Shown here in pieces: positions 37,391 to 45,773 of a stretch of DNA of 64,000 nucleotides. The DNA lies in contig JAFTDF010000004.1 of NCBI GenBank assembly GCA_017454295.1, positions 52,904-116,903 on the forward strand, given 5' to 3'. The stretch is from Bacilli bacterium (lineage in GTDB: Bacteria; Bacillota_I; Bacilli_A; RFN20; CAG-826). Below the pieces are notes generated by a model. The model saw nothing but the letters and a program-made list of their open reading frames with translations. It did no database searches and was not told the origin of the DNA. Position 1 is the first letter of the stretch, and each line of letters opens with the position of its first letter. The position numbers and the translations under genes are program-made.

Positions 37391-39064
37391 CTACATGCGG
37401 TTCTCTTCGGTAAGGATTTCCAAAATGGGGGTCTTGGCGACCTTCCCAGCCAATAGAAGAGAGATAAGAAGCGACAAAACCGTGGTGACCGCGACGAGCA
37501 CCCCCAAGGCAATGGGGATATACCACCACTCGATGGTCAGGTTCATGTTGCTATCGAGTTTGATTTGGGACTGAATGGTTGCATCAAATACGAGTTTCGT
37601 GGCAACGCAAGCCCCACTCCCAAGCAAGACGGTGGGGATATAACCGCGGAAGAAGATGACGTTGATCTGGGCAAGGAAGATCTGAATGACACCTTTGCGA
37701 CGCATGCCCTGGGCACGGCACATCCCCAAAAATCCCTTCATGGATTCCACGGAGAAGTGCATGGTATTGATTAGATTCAATAACGTAGCCAAGAAGATAA
37801 CCCCGCCAAAAGCCCCTAATCCGACGCAAATATAGAGGAAACGATCGAAGAAGGCAGCGCAAGTGAAGAACGCCTCCGGCACGATGCGTGGATCATAATG
37901 GTAGAGGCTCAAATTATCAGGGTCACCAGTCACCGAAAGGCGATACTGCTGCAGGATATCCTCGTAACCATAACGGGCTTTTTGAAAGGAGGGGAATTCC
38001 AGAATCTGAGTCTTGGTGTAGGCCGGATAGAAATTGGCCCGGGAGAAGGTTCCTAATCCCATTGGGAAAAAGGCATAGCCGGCATCCGTGGTCTTTTTGG
38101 CGAGGGCTTCGGGCTTTTCGTCATAAACAAACCACGAGGTCATCGTTTGGTTCTGTCCTTCCGCGGGATGGAAGACGCGTCTGGGCGCCACCGCTTCTCC
38201 TTTTTCTCCCAAAGAGGCGGAAGAAATCCAGAAATAGTCGCGGGCATAGAAACGTTCCACTTCGGCCGAAGTTTCGTTGAATTGCAATGAGTAATAACGC
38301 GGCGACCGGGAATAATAGACGTCGGAATCGTAAACACCGACGATTTTGTAATTCACGAAATAGGGGACGGCGACCTGTTCTTGGTATTCCTTGGGTTGGA
38401 CGATTTCCTCGTCGCTAGAAGAATAGGCGCTCTTCGTCGAAGAGATGTAGTTATAGGCGGTCAGGGTCGAACCGATGATCGCTTCCCGGTCGAGTTCGAA
38501 ATCGCGGGTGAATTTGGAGGACACCATGATTTCCCCTTTGGAAGATGCGCCTTTCGAGAACGTGCTTCCCGTGATAAGAGGTTGCATGCCCAGGTGGTAG
38601 TCAGAGTCCAGGAATGGCTGATGGGCATCGTTTTCGTCGATGACCTGAATCCCGAAGAAATGGTACGTGGAGTAGCGCCCGGCCATGTTCCTCATGGGTT
38701 TTGGTTCACCGCCGTTAATGGAAAAAGACGGGGCATGTCCACTGTTATTCTCCGCATAGAGATAATCGTATTTGATGGATTTGGAGACGCCTTGGATTTT
38801 GTCGATGTCTCCCTCGCGGTCGGCTTGACAGAGCACTTTCCCGGAGACGGTTTGGGATTCGGTGTAGGTGACGCGCATCGAACGGAACGAGGGGTTGCGG
38901 TTGATTTCCGAATTGAATCCGCCATAGAAGCCGATGGCGATGAAAAGAAGCGGGTAGAGCAACGTCATCCCAAAGGAAATCCCAAGGACGCTTTGGAAAG
39001 TCGTCCGTTTCCTTGCCCTAAGCGAGAGTCGCGCCAGTCTCCAATATTCGTGCAACTTCATCAT
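37391..39064 (-). CDS. FtsX/MacB-type ABC permease with large extracytoplasmic domain (557 aa)
   Basis: TM1 is followed by a ~360-aa loop, three C-terminal TM helices and a canonical tail (KTPILEILTEE). The start MMKLHEYW at 39064 overlaps the stop of the upstream mini-ORF. Confidence 0.8.
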   Translation of the reverse strand: MMKLHEYWRLARLSLRARKRTTFQSVLGISFGMTLLYPLLFIAIGFYGGFNSEINRNPSFRSMRVTYTESQTVSGKVLCQADREGDIDKIQGVSKSIKYDYLYAENNSGHAPSFSINGGEPKPMRNMAGRYSTYHFFGIQVIDENDAHQPFLDSDYHLGMQPLITGSTFSKGASSKGEIMVSSKFTRDFELDREAIIGSTLTAYNYISSTKSAYSSSDEEIVQPKEYQEQVAVPYFVNYKIVGVYDSDVYYSRSPRYYSLQFNETSAEVERFYARDYFWISSASLGEKGEAVAPRRVFHPAEGQNQTMTSWFVYDEKPEALAKKTTDAGYAFFPMGLGTFSRANFYPAYTKTQILEFPSFQKARYGYEDILQQYRLSVTGDPDNLSLYHYDPRIVPEAFFTCAAFFDRFLYICVGLGAFGGVIFLATLLNLINTMHFSVESMKGFLGMCRAQGMRRKGVIQIFLAQINVIFFRGYIPTVLLGSGACVATKLVFDATIQSQIKLDSNMNLTIEWWYIPIALGVLVAVTTVLSLLISLLLAGKVAKTPILEILTEENRM

Positions 39065-39192
39065 GACACCTCGGAGATAACGGCCACGGGATCGGCCTTG
39101 ACGATGGCGCGCAAGGCACCGTGGGAGAACAAGATGGCAAACCCAACAAAGGCGACCAAAGCACCAAGGCATACATAGAAGGGCAGATACAT
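39061..39192 (-). CDS. 43-codon ORF encoding an FtsX TM4 plus C-terminal tail, in frame with the upstream permease across a TAA
   Basis: My translation is MYLPFYVCLGALVAFVGFAILFSHGALRAIVKADPVAVISEVS. It lies 8 codons after the TAA at 39214-39216 in the same frame. Its TGA overlaps the next ATG (ATGA). It is below the ORF-track size cutoff. Confidence 0.55.
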   Translation of the reverse strand: MYLPFYVCLGALVAFVGFAILFSHGALRAIVKADPVAVISEVS

Positions 39193-39213
39193 CGTCGCGA
39201 CGAATTTCAAGGA

Positions 39214-40419
39214 TTAGACGAATGCTCCGTAAGTAGAGGCCACCACAAGATTAATCAAGGAAGTCAAAGGAGTGAACATCGTCCAAAGTAGTAGATAACC
39301 CAGCAAAACCCCAACGCTTACCAAAAAAGCGGATTCGATGAAGACGACACTTTTGAGCGACCTTCCCCGCATTCCCAATGCTTTGGCCAATCCAAAGAAC
39401 TTCTTACTCCGGTCGATGGAGATGATCGCCGAATTGGCCAAGGAACCAACCGACATCAATAGCAAAATCAAAGCGAATAAAGCCGCGGCGGAAATGACGA
39501 CGCTTCGCATGGTTTTGTCACTGGCATATTGTTCGTAAACGGGGCAGGAAACGGTATCGGTATAATGGAGGATGCGGTCCGTTTCGAAATACTCGACGGT
39601 AATCCGCTTGGGCAAAACGGCATTGCATTTATCCGCCAAGGCGTTCAGGCGATTGATCGTACCTTCGGGGTCGCTTACTTTCCCCTGAGGCCGATGGTAG
39701 GCAGAGAACGATTCGACGATGGCGCGGCTAGGGAATGTGGTAAACGCGATTCCGATATCCCCGATGACTTGGCCAAAGGAAAGCGGGGAAACGTTCCCGT
39801 TGAGGACGATTTTCTCTCCGGTATATTCGAAAATCCCAACGACGACGAATTCCGGATAGCCATACTGGTCCGACCGCCAACCCCACAAATCGCGGACATA
39901 AGCCGAACGCGTATGCACGCTTCCGATGGTATAGGGATCGGGTTCTTCCCCTTCAAAGGATTTCTCATAAGCCTCTTTGCTGACGATGACCTCGTTGTGA
40001 GCTTCCGAAACAGCGATATTGCGTCCTTCGACGATTCGCAAGCCCGGACCGACGGGATAAGAGGGGTCGGTGTAGGTGATTTCCGATGCGATGTTGGTGG
40101 TGTAATAAATGGATTGGACCATATCCGGAGCAGATCCCACCGCATCCAAGAAGGCCGGGTATTCGGTTTCTTGGAAGTATCTTTGCTCCATGACATTGGT
40201 CTGCATGGCGTTGTTATAGTTGACGCTGACGAGGGCTTTTTCCGGGAAAAAGGCTTTTCCGATGATCTCCCCGCCGTTTTTCGCAAAGGAAACAGCCAGG
40301 CACAACATGCCCATGATGAGCGCGGACAAAAAGGTGGAGATGACCACGGTCAGGATCGAACGGGATCGATTCTCCTTAATGGTATGGAATGCGATTCTGC
40401 AACAATCCCTTGTCCTCAT
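39214..40419 (-). CDS. FtsX/MacB-type ABC permease, ends before the expected fourth TM helix (401 aa)
   Basis: TM1, an extracytoplasmic domain and the TM2-TM3 FtsX motifs are present. The ORF stops at TAA right after TM3. Confidence 0.75.
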   Translation of the reverse strand: MRTRDCCRIAFHTIKENRSRSILTVVISTFLSALIMGMLCLAVSFAKNGGEIIGKAFFPEKALVSVNYNNAMQTNVMEQRYFQETEYPAFLDAVGSAPDMVQSIYYTTNIASEITYTDPSYPVGPGLRIVEGRNIAVSEAHNEVIVSKEAYEKSFEGEEPDPYTIGSVHTRSAYVRDLWGWRSDQYGYPEFVVVGIFEYTGEKIVLNGNVSPLSFGQVIGDIGIAFTTFPSRAIVESFSAYHRPQGKVSDPEGTINRLNALADKCNAVLPKRITVEYFETDRILHYTDTVSCPVYEQYASDKTMRSVVISAAALFALILLLMSVGSLANSAIISIDRSKKFFGLAKALGMRGRSLKSVVFIESAFLVSVGVLLGYLLLWTMFTPLTSLINLVVASTYGAFV

Positions 40420-41117
40420 ATGCCCATCTTCTCAACGTCGTATTTCTCCATATAATCGGCCGACACCACCCCATCTTTGATGTGGATGATATTTTCCGCG
40501 TTTTTGGCGTCTTCCATGTTATGGGTGACGAGCACCACGGACTTGCCCATCTTGACGATTTCCTTTAGCAGTGCCATGACCTCGGCCCCGTTTTGGCTAT
40601 CGAGGTTCCCCGTCGGTTCGTCGGCGAGGATGATTTCGGGATCGTGAACCAACGCCCGGGCAATCGAAACACGTTGTTTCTGACCGCCGCTTAATTCGTT
40701 GGCCCGTTTGTTGATTTTCTCTTCCAGTCCTAGACGTTTGAGGATTTCCTTGGCCTTTGCTTCCCGTTCGGCCCGCTTCATGCCGGCAATGGTAAGGGGC
40801 ATGGCCACGTTTTCCAAAACCGTATAGGAAGGCTCGAGGTAGAAGGATTGGAACACGAACCCCGTGGTCTTGTTCCGATAATCCGCAAGCTGGTTCTCCG
40901 AAAGGGCATTCAGTTCCATGCCATGGCTGAACACCTGCCCCGAAGTTGGGGTGTCGATGGCGCCGATGATGTTCATCAAGGTCGATTTCCCGGAACCTGA
41001 TTTGCCTAAGACGCAGGTAAACTTCCCGTCTTCGATGACGAGGTTGACATCTTTGAGGGCCTCCACGGCGCCTTCGCCTTTGCCATAGATTCGGTTGACG
41101 TGTTTGAGAATGATCAT
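40416..41117 (-). CDS. ABC transporter ATP-binding protein (MacB/LolD-like)
   Basis: Contains Walker A GKSGSGKST, signature LSGGQKQRV and Walker B ILADEPT. An AAGGAGG SD lies upstream. Confidence 0.93.
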   Translation of the reverse strand: MIILKHVNRIYGKGEGAVEALKDVNLVIEDGKFTCVLGKSGSGKSTLMNIIGAIDTPTSGQVFSHGMELNALSENQLADYRNKTTGFVFQSFYLEPSYTVLENVAMPLTIAGMKRAEREAKAKEILKRLGLEEKINKRANELSGGQKQRVSIARALVHDPEIILADEPTGNLDSQNGAEVMALLKEIVKMGKSVVLVTHNMEDAKNAENIIHIKDGVVSADYMEKYDVEKMGI

Positions 41118-41205
41118 GGCGACCTCCTTTGGAGAATGTCATAAACCATAGCACGGCTATGAAAAAAGGAAACCAAAACAGGCGCGCCTGCGCTAAAGAA
41201 GTGTA

Positions 41206-41211
41206 TATAAT
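41206..41211 (+). promoter_or_regulatory. -10 box (TATAAT) for the MFS gene (SD-led transcript)
   Basis: The sequence reads TGTATATAAT, then a 20-nt leader containing AAGAGG, then ATG at 41232. Confidence 0.5.
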
Positions 41212-41231
41212 GGAGAAAAGAGGTTACTTCC

Positions 41232-42623
41232 ATGGAAGAACGACAATCCAAACTTGGCTACCGCCGCTGGCTTAGCATTATTTTCATCGGCTTGATTGGG
41301 CAAATCGCCTGGGCCATCGAAAACAACTACATCAACCTTTGGGTCTTCTCCCAAAGCCACGATGCCAACCATATCACCTGGATGACCACCGCTTCGGCCG
41401 TCGTCGCCACCTTGACCACCTTCTTCATGGGTGCCCTTTCGGATAAGCTTGGGAAACGCAAAATCTTCATCGCGGCAGGTTATGCCATTTGGGGCGTCAC
41501 GGTCTTCTCCTTCGGGCTGATGTCGCTCACCAACATGACGAATCTCGCCCAAGGCAACGCCACCACCGCCATCGTGCTCGTCGGGGTGATGAACGTTGTA
41601 GTCGACTGCGTCATGACCTTCTTTGGATCGACTTCCAACGACGCTTGCTTCAATGCCTTCGTCACGGATGAAACCAATTCGAAAAACCGGCCCTTTGTCG
41701 AAGCCGTCCTTTCCATCATGCCTTTGCTGGCCATGGGGATTATGCTCGCCGTCGGTATGATCCTAGGCATCCCTGGGGTGCAAGGGGATATGCCCAATGC
41801 GGAATGGGCCGCCAAGATCGCCCAACCGTGGTTCATCTTCTTCTTGGTCTTTGGCATTTTGACCACCCTCATCGGGATTGTTTCCTTCTTCTTGATTCCC
41901 AAGGACCATATCATCCCCAATCGGGAGGACGGTTATTTCAAACACATGGTGAAGGGTTTCACCCCCAAAGCCGTGAAAACCAATCCCACCCTCTACATCG
42001 CCTTATTGGCCTTCATGCTCTTCAACATCGCCATCGACGCCTTTATGCCTTACCTCTTGGTCTATTTGCAAAACCTCCCCGCAGTCGCCTCGGTCGACGG
42101 CGGTTTCTATATCATCGTGGGCACCGTCATGGGCATTGCTTCCATCGGTGTTGTGCTCATTGGTTTATTCATGGAGAAAATCGGCAAATTCAAAGTCATA
42201 TTCCCCGCGGCCGCATGCTTAATCGCCGGGTCTTTAGGACTCTTCTTTGTCCGCGATTCCCTTGCAATTTGCACGGTTTTCGCCACGATTATGATGTTTG
42301 GTTATTTGGCGGGCACGGCCGCTTTAGGCGCCGAAATCCGTGATGATACCCCCATCAACGACGCCGGGGCTTATCAATCCGTCCGTATGGTCTTCGTCGT
42401 CATGCTCCCGATGGTCATCGGCTCGAATTTGGCCTCGCTTACTTTCCAAGCCACCAGCCTCGACGAATTTGGAAGACAAACCAAAGTGCCCGACGCCAAC
42501 ATGTTCTTAGTCACCGCCATCGCCGCGGGTATTGCCATCGCCCCGATCATTTGGCTGCTGCTTCAAAAGAAAAAGGCCGCGAGGGCCTTTGTCCAAATAG
42601 AAGATCCTAACCAAGGAAAGTAA
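41232..42623 (+). CDS. MFS transporter (GPH/sugar-type)
   Basis: 463 aa with about 12 TM helices and an MFS-type loop GALSDKLGKRK after TM2. Confidence 0.8.
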   Translation: MEERQSKLGYRRWLSIIFIGLIGQIAWAIENNYINLWVFSQSHDANHITWMTTASAVVATLTTFFMGALSDKLGKRKIFIAAGYAIWGVTVFSFGLMSLTNMTNLAQGNATTAIVLVGVMNVVVDCVMTFFGSTSNDACFNAFVTDETNSKNRPFVEAVLSIMPLLAMGIMLAVGMILGIPGVQGDMPNAEWAAKIAQPWFIFFLVFGILTTLIGIVSFFLIPKDHIIPNREDGYFKHMVKGFTPKAVKTNPTLYIALLAFMLFNIAIDAFMPYLLVYLQNLPAVASVDGGFYIIVGTVMGIASIGVVLIGLFMEKIGKFKVIFPAAACLIAGSLGLFFVRDSLAICTVFATIMMFGYLAGTAALGAEIRDDTPINDAGAYQSVRMVFVVMLPMVIGSNLASLTFQATSLDEFGRQTKVPDANMFLVTAIAAGIAIAPIIWLLLQKKKAARAFVQIEDPNQGK

Positions 42624-44550
42624 GCGGGATTTCCGGCCCAGCTAGCTCTTTCTTGTTCCAATCGGGGTGGAAGTCCCCGTTCGCTTTGGCCTCTTCATAG
42701 GCCGCTTCGGAGAGATCAATCTCAATCGAGGTCAAATATTCGCATCCATAGAAGCAAAGCGAATCGGCCGATTCCAACGCCGGCAAAACGATCTTTTTGA
42801 TATTCAAATCCTCGCGGAACGTCTGTTCGCCCAAATAGCGAATGGAAGAAGTGCCAAGGTCTAGCGTCGCCACGCCATCATAGCAAAGCTTGTTCATTTG
42901 CCCAAAGCCAGAAGGAAGAATCTGGGTAACCGTGGAAGGCAAAACGAAGCGATTCACCTTTGACGCGGAGGAAGCCTCGGCTTCGGTGGAATGGAAGGAG
43001 TGGAAGGAAGAGACGGCGGTGAAGTCGTATTCGGTGAGCAAACGCGTTTTCGCGCTGGGGGCAACGGTCACGTCGGGGAAGGAGAAGGCATCCGGCTTGG
43101 CCTCGTTCCAGAAATCGTCCGCCTCGAGTTCGACCAGGGCATCGGAATCCTTCAACACGACCACAGGAGAGACCCCATGTTCTTGCAAGGCAAAATTCTC
43201 CAACATATAACCGCCCACATCGGCATCGAAGGCGTAATAGAAGGTTTTCTCGTAGTCTTTCGTTTTGTAATTGAACAAATCATCCGGATCGGCATAAACG
43301 ATTTTCCGCGGCGCGAAATAGGGATAGAGGTCCAGCGTGGCTTGGTCGAAGAGGTTGGCCTCGTCATAGAAAGCCACGAAATCTCCTAACTCATCGCCAA
43401 TATAGAAGCGACCCGTGAATGCGAAATCCGCGGGAACCGTGATTTTCCCGGTGGGATAATCAAAGACGTTCATCGCCGGGTCTTGGGATTGATGATAGGT
43501 CCGGGTTTCGGTTTTGCTTGGATCGGCGGGATCGAGGTGGAAGGTCACCGTCGCCTCGGGCACATAATCGGTATAGATGACATTGATCGCGGCATCGTAA
43601 AGGATATGCTGCGAATCGACCTTTCGCCCCGCTACGGCAGAGGGGGCACTGCTTGCATAGTTACCTTCGATATAAGCAAACGAATAATCCAAAGCGGTCA
43701 AATCAGGAAGGGCGCCAAGGCTGGCACCATAGGGAATGACGCGAGGATCAAAAGCGCCATCGGGGATTCCCGGGGCTCCAACGAGGGAATCGCGGGTCAG
43801 CACCCCCGCCACTTCGTGTTCATAAATCGGATTCAACGTCACCGTATAGGAATGTGGGTTCTCATCGAAATGGGCGGTGATGGTGGTCTCCCCATGAATC
43901 GTGATGTTGTTGATGCCGGTGAAGCCACTGACAAAGGACACGCTTTTCGTTCCATCGTCGTTTTTCACCGTGACGTCATAACCGGTAAAGGAGAAATCTT
44001 TGTAATAGGGGTCATAACCATAGGACCGGGGGTCATGGTTGGTGGTATCGGCGGTCATCTTCAAAGCTTCGTGATCACCGATTTTGGTACCAAAGGTGGC
44101 ATAGTCGGCCGCCACGGTCTCATAAGCGCATTGGATGGTAACGAGGTAATCCTTCGGCTTGGCTTCGAAAGTCGTGAATAACGCGCAATCGGACTGGATC
44201 GACTGCACATCGATCGCGTTGCCATTGGCGTAGAAACCTTTCCAATCAACGAACTTGTATTCATAGCCATTGGGGGCTTTGCGGTCGGACACGGAATAAC
44301 GGTGGTTATCCAAGACCGAATAACCTTCCAAACGGGCGGCTTCCCCCGCTTTCGCCCAACAATAACCTAAGTGACGGGCCTTGGACGCGTTCGGGGTTTT
44401 CGCGGAGATATCGGCATCGATCCCTTCGTAATCCCCGTAAAGATCGACGCGGAAATAGTCTTCCCTGGCGCCATTAGAAAACAGAGCGCATCCGGTCAGG
44501 GAAGGCATTCCGATTCCTAGCAACAGCAAAAAGGGAAGTTTTCTCTTCAT
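42607..44550 (-). CDS. surface lipoprotein with Listeria-Bacteroides-type beta repeats and a C-terminal BspA-like leucine-rich repeat
   Basis: Lipobox MKRKLPFLLLLGIGMPSL-TGC. Repeated Y.VT...GW-type modules are present. The C-terminal LRR region reads LPSTVTQILPSGF...IRYLGEQTF...IVLPALESADSLCFYGCEYLTSIEI. Confidence 0.7.
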   Translation of the reverse strand: MKRKLPFLLLLGIGMPSLTGCALFSNGAREDYFRVDLYGDYEGIDADISAKTPNASKARHLGYCWAKAGEAARLEGYSVLDNHRYSVSDRKAPNGYEYKFVDWKGFYANGNAIDVQSIQSDCALFTTFEAKPKDYLVTIQCAYETVAADYATFGTKIGDHEALKMTADTTNHDPRSYGYDPYYKDFSFTGYDVTVKNDDGTKSVSFVSGFTGINNITIHGETTITAHFDENPHSYTVTLNPIYEHEVAGVLTRDSLVGAPGIPDGAFDPRVIPYGASLGALPDLTALDYSFAYIEGNYASSAPSAVAGRKVDSQHILYDAAINVIYTDYVPEATVTFHLDPADPSKTETRTYHQSQDPAMNVFDYPTGKITVPADFAFTGRFYIGDELGDFVAFYDEANLFDQATLDLYPYFAPRKIVYADPDDLFNYKTKDYEKTFYYAFDADVGGYMLENFALQEHGVSPVVVLKDSDALVELEADDFWNEAKPDAFSFPDVTVAPSAKTRLLTEYDFTAVSSFHSFHSTEAEASSASKVNRFVLPSTVTQILPSGFGQMNKLCYDGVATLDLGTSSIRYLGEQTFREDLNIKKIVLPALESADSLCFYGCEYLTSIEIDLSEAAYEEAKANGDFHPDWNKKELAGPEIPLTFLG

Positions 44551-44557
44551 GGTTAGT

Positions 44558-44563
44558 ATTATC
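44558..44563 (-). promoter_or_regulatory. -10 box (GATAAT) 7 nt upstream of the lipoprotein ATG; leaderless candidate
   Basis: The minus strand reads GCGATAAT-ACTAACC-ATG(44550). Confidence 0.4.
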
Positions 44564-44588
44564 GCATAACGATAGGAAAAGGGAATAA

Positions 44589-44605
44589 CGTAGAGTAACT
44601 CTACG
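44589..44605. promoter_or_regulatory. 17-bp perfect 8-1-8 palindrome CGTAGAGT-A-ACTCTACG, candidate operator
   Basis: Read directly. It lies in the divergent intergenic region, about 26-42 nt upstream of the lipoprotein -10. Confidence 0.4.
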
Positions 44606-44671
44606 GGGATGGAAATCTCATATTGCCCATTGCCACCTTAACGCGTAAACTATGTGCCGGTAGGTTTTATT

Positions 44672-45142
44672 ATGAACAATCGTAAATTATCCGTAATCAT
44701 TGCCTTGCTCGTCGCGGTGTTTGCCATCGTTGCGATCTTGGTTTGCTTTGCCCCCGCCTTTGGCGCGGACGTCGACGGCTATGGGGATACCCGTGGCAAC
44801 GTCTTCAACATCATCTTCGGTTATCAAGGTAAAAACGCCGTGCCGATGCTGATCGTTGCCTTCGTTTTCGAATGCGTCGCCGTCTTGTTCGCCCTCTTCG
44901 GCGCCCTCTTCCGGGGCCGCTTGGGTGGTATCAACCTCGGCCTTGCCGGCTTGCTCTTAATCGCCGGTGGCATCATCTTCCTCTTCGCCCCGCAGTTATA
45001 TCAATCCGCCAATGCCGGCACCATCGTCTTGATCCCCGGGCAGAAAATCTCCAATGGTTCCGGGATCCTGCTCACCGGCATCTTCGCCATCGTCTCCGGC
45101 GTCCTCGGACTCTATGGCGGCTACCGTTCCTTCAAAGCCTAA
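44672..45142 (+). CDS. small 4-TM membrane protein, unknown function
   Basis: 156 aa counted from the ATG at 44672. A GTG at 44654 is also possible. It has four hydrophobic helices. Confidence 0.55.
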   Translation: MNNRKLSVIIALLVAVFAIVAILVCFAPAFGADVDGYGDTRGNVFNIIFGYQGKNAVPMLIVAFVFECVAVLFALFGALFRGRLGGINLGLAGLLLIAGGIIFLFAPQLYQSANAGTIVLIPGQKISNGSGILLTGIFAIVSGVLGLYGGYRSFKA

Positions 45143-45160
45143 GGAAAACAACGCAAAAAG

Positions 45161-45187
45161 AAATCCCGCTTCGCCGCGGGATTTTTC
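45161..45187. terminator. bidirectional intrinsic terminator
   Basis: 9-bp stem AAATCCCGC/GCGGGATTT with a 6-nt loop, an A-run before and a T-run after. It lies between convergent genes. Confidence 0.7.
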
Positions 45188-45188
45188 T

Positions 45189-45677
45189 TTACTTGTTTTT
45201 CATTTTTTGGAGGTATGGCACCACTTCTTCATAAGGGATGCCTAGGGCAAAGGAGAGTTCCCCATAAACGATGGGGGAGGCGCGATTGACGAATTGCGAA
45301 TCCATGGAATTGAGATGGGTGTCTCTGCGTTTCCGTTGCAATGCGCCTTCTAGAAGCATCACCAAATCCTCCACCATACCGCTATTGAAGGCGGCATCGT
45401 AGGCGGCTTTGCGTTTTTTGGAATCGAGGATATAGAAATCGCCGGCGAAAGAAGGCCAGGATTTGATGAGGTCCACCGCTTGTTCCTTGGTTAAGGGACG
45501 TCGCAAGGAGGCGGGGTTATCCACGGGAACGCGAATGATGTTATTCCGATCGTCCCCATAAAGTGGAGTCAACACGTAATAAAGGTTCCCGGACGGGTCT
45601 CCGGAAAGGGCGGCAATGTCTTTGATTTGACAAACGCCACAGTGGGTGTGGTAAACGTAGTCGCCGATCGCGTGCAT
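45189..45677 (-). CDS. CarD/CdnL-family RNA polymerase-binding regulator
   Basis: N-terminal Tudor-like motif GDYVYHTHCGVCQI. The start MHAIGDY at 45677 has a GAGGGGG SD 8 nt upstream. Confidence 0.7.
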   Translation of the reverse strand: MHAIGDYVYHTHCGVCQIKDIAALSGDPSGNLYYVLTPLYGDDRNNIIRVPVDNPASLRRPLTKEQAVDLIKSWPSFAGDFYILDSKKRKAAYDAAFNSGMVEDLVMLLEGALQRKRRDTHLNSMDSQFVNRASPIVYGELSFALGIPYEEVVPYLQKMKNK

Positions 45678-45702
45678 TGAATTCCCCCTCATATTTGTAC
45701 AA

Positions 45703-45711
45703 AGTATAGCA
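45703..45711 (-). promoter_or_regulatory. extended -10 (TGCTATACT) for the carD-like gene
   Basis: The minus strand reads TGCTATACT, followed by a ~25-nt leader containing the SD. Confidence 0.5.
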
Positions 45712-45773
45712 AAAAATGGGGAAACCCTCTAGCGAAAAAAAGAAACCGGCAAAGCCGGTTCATGGGTCATTTT

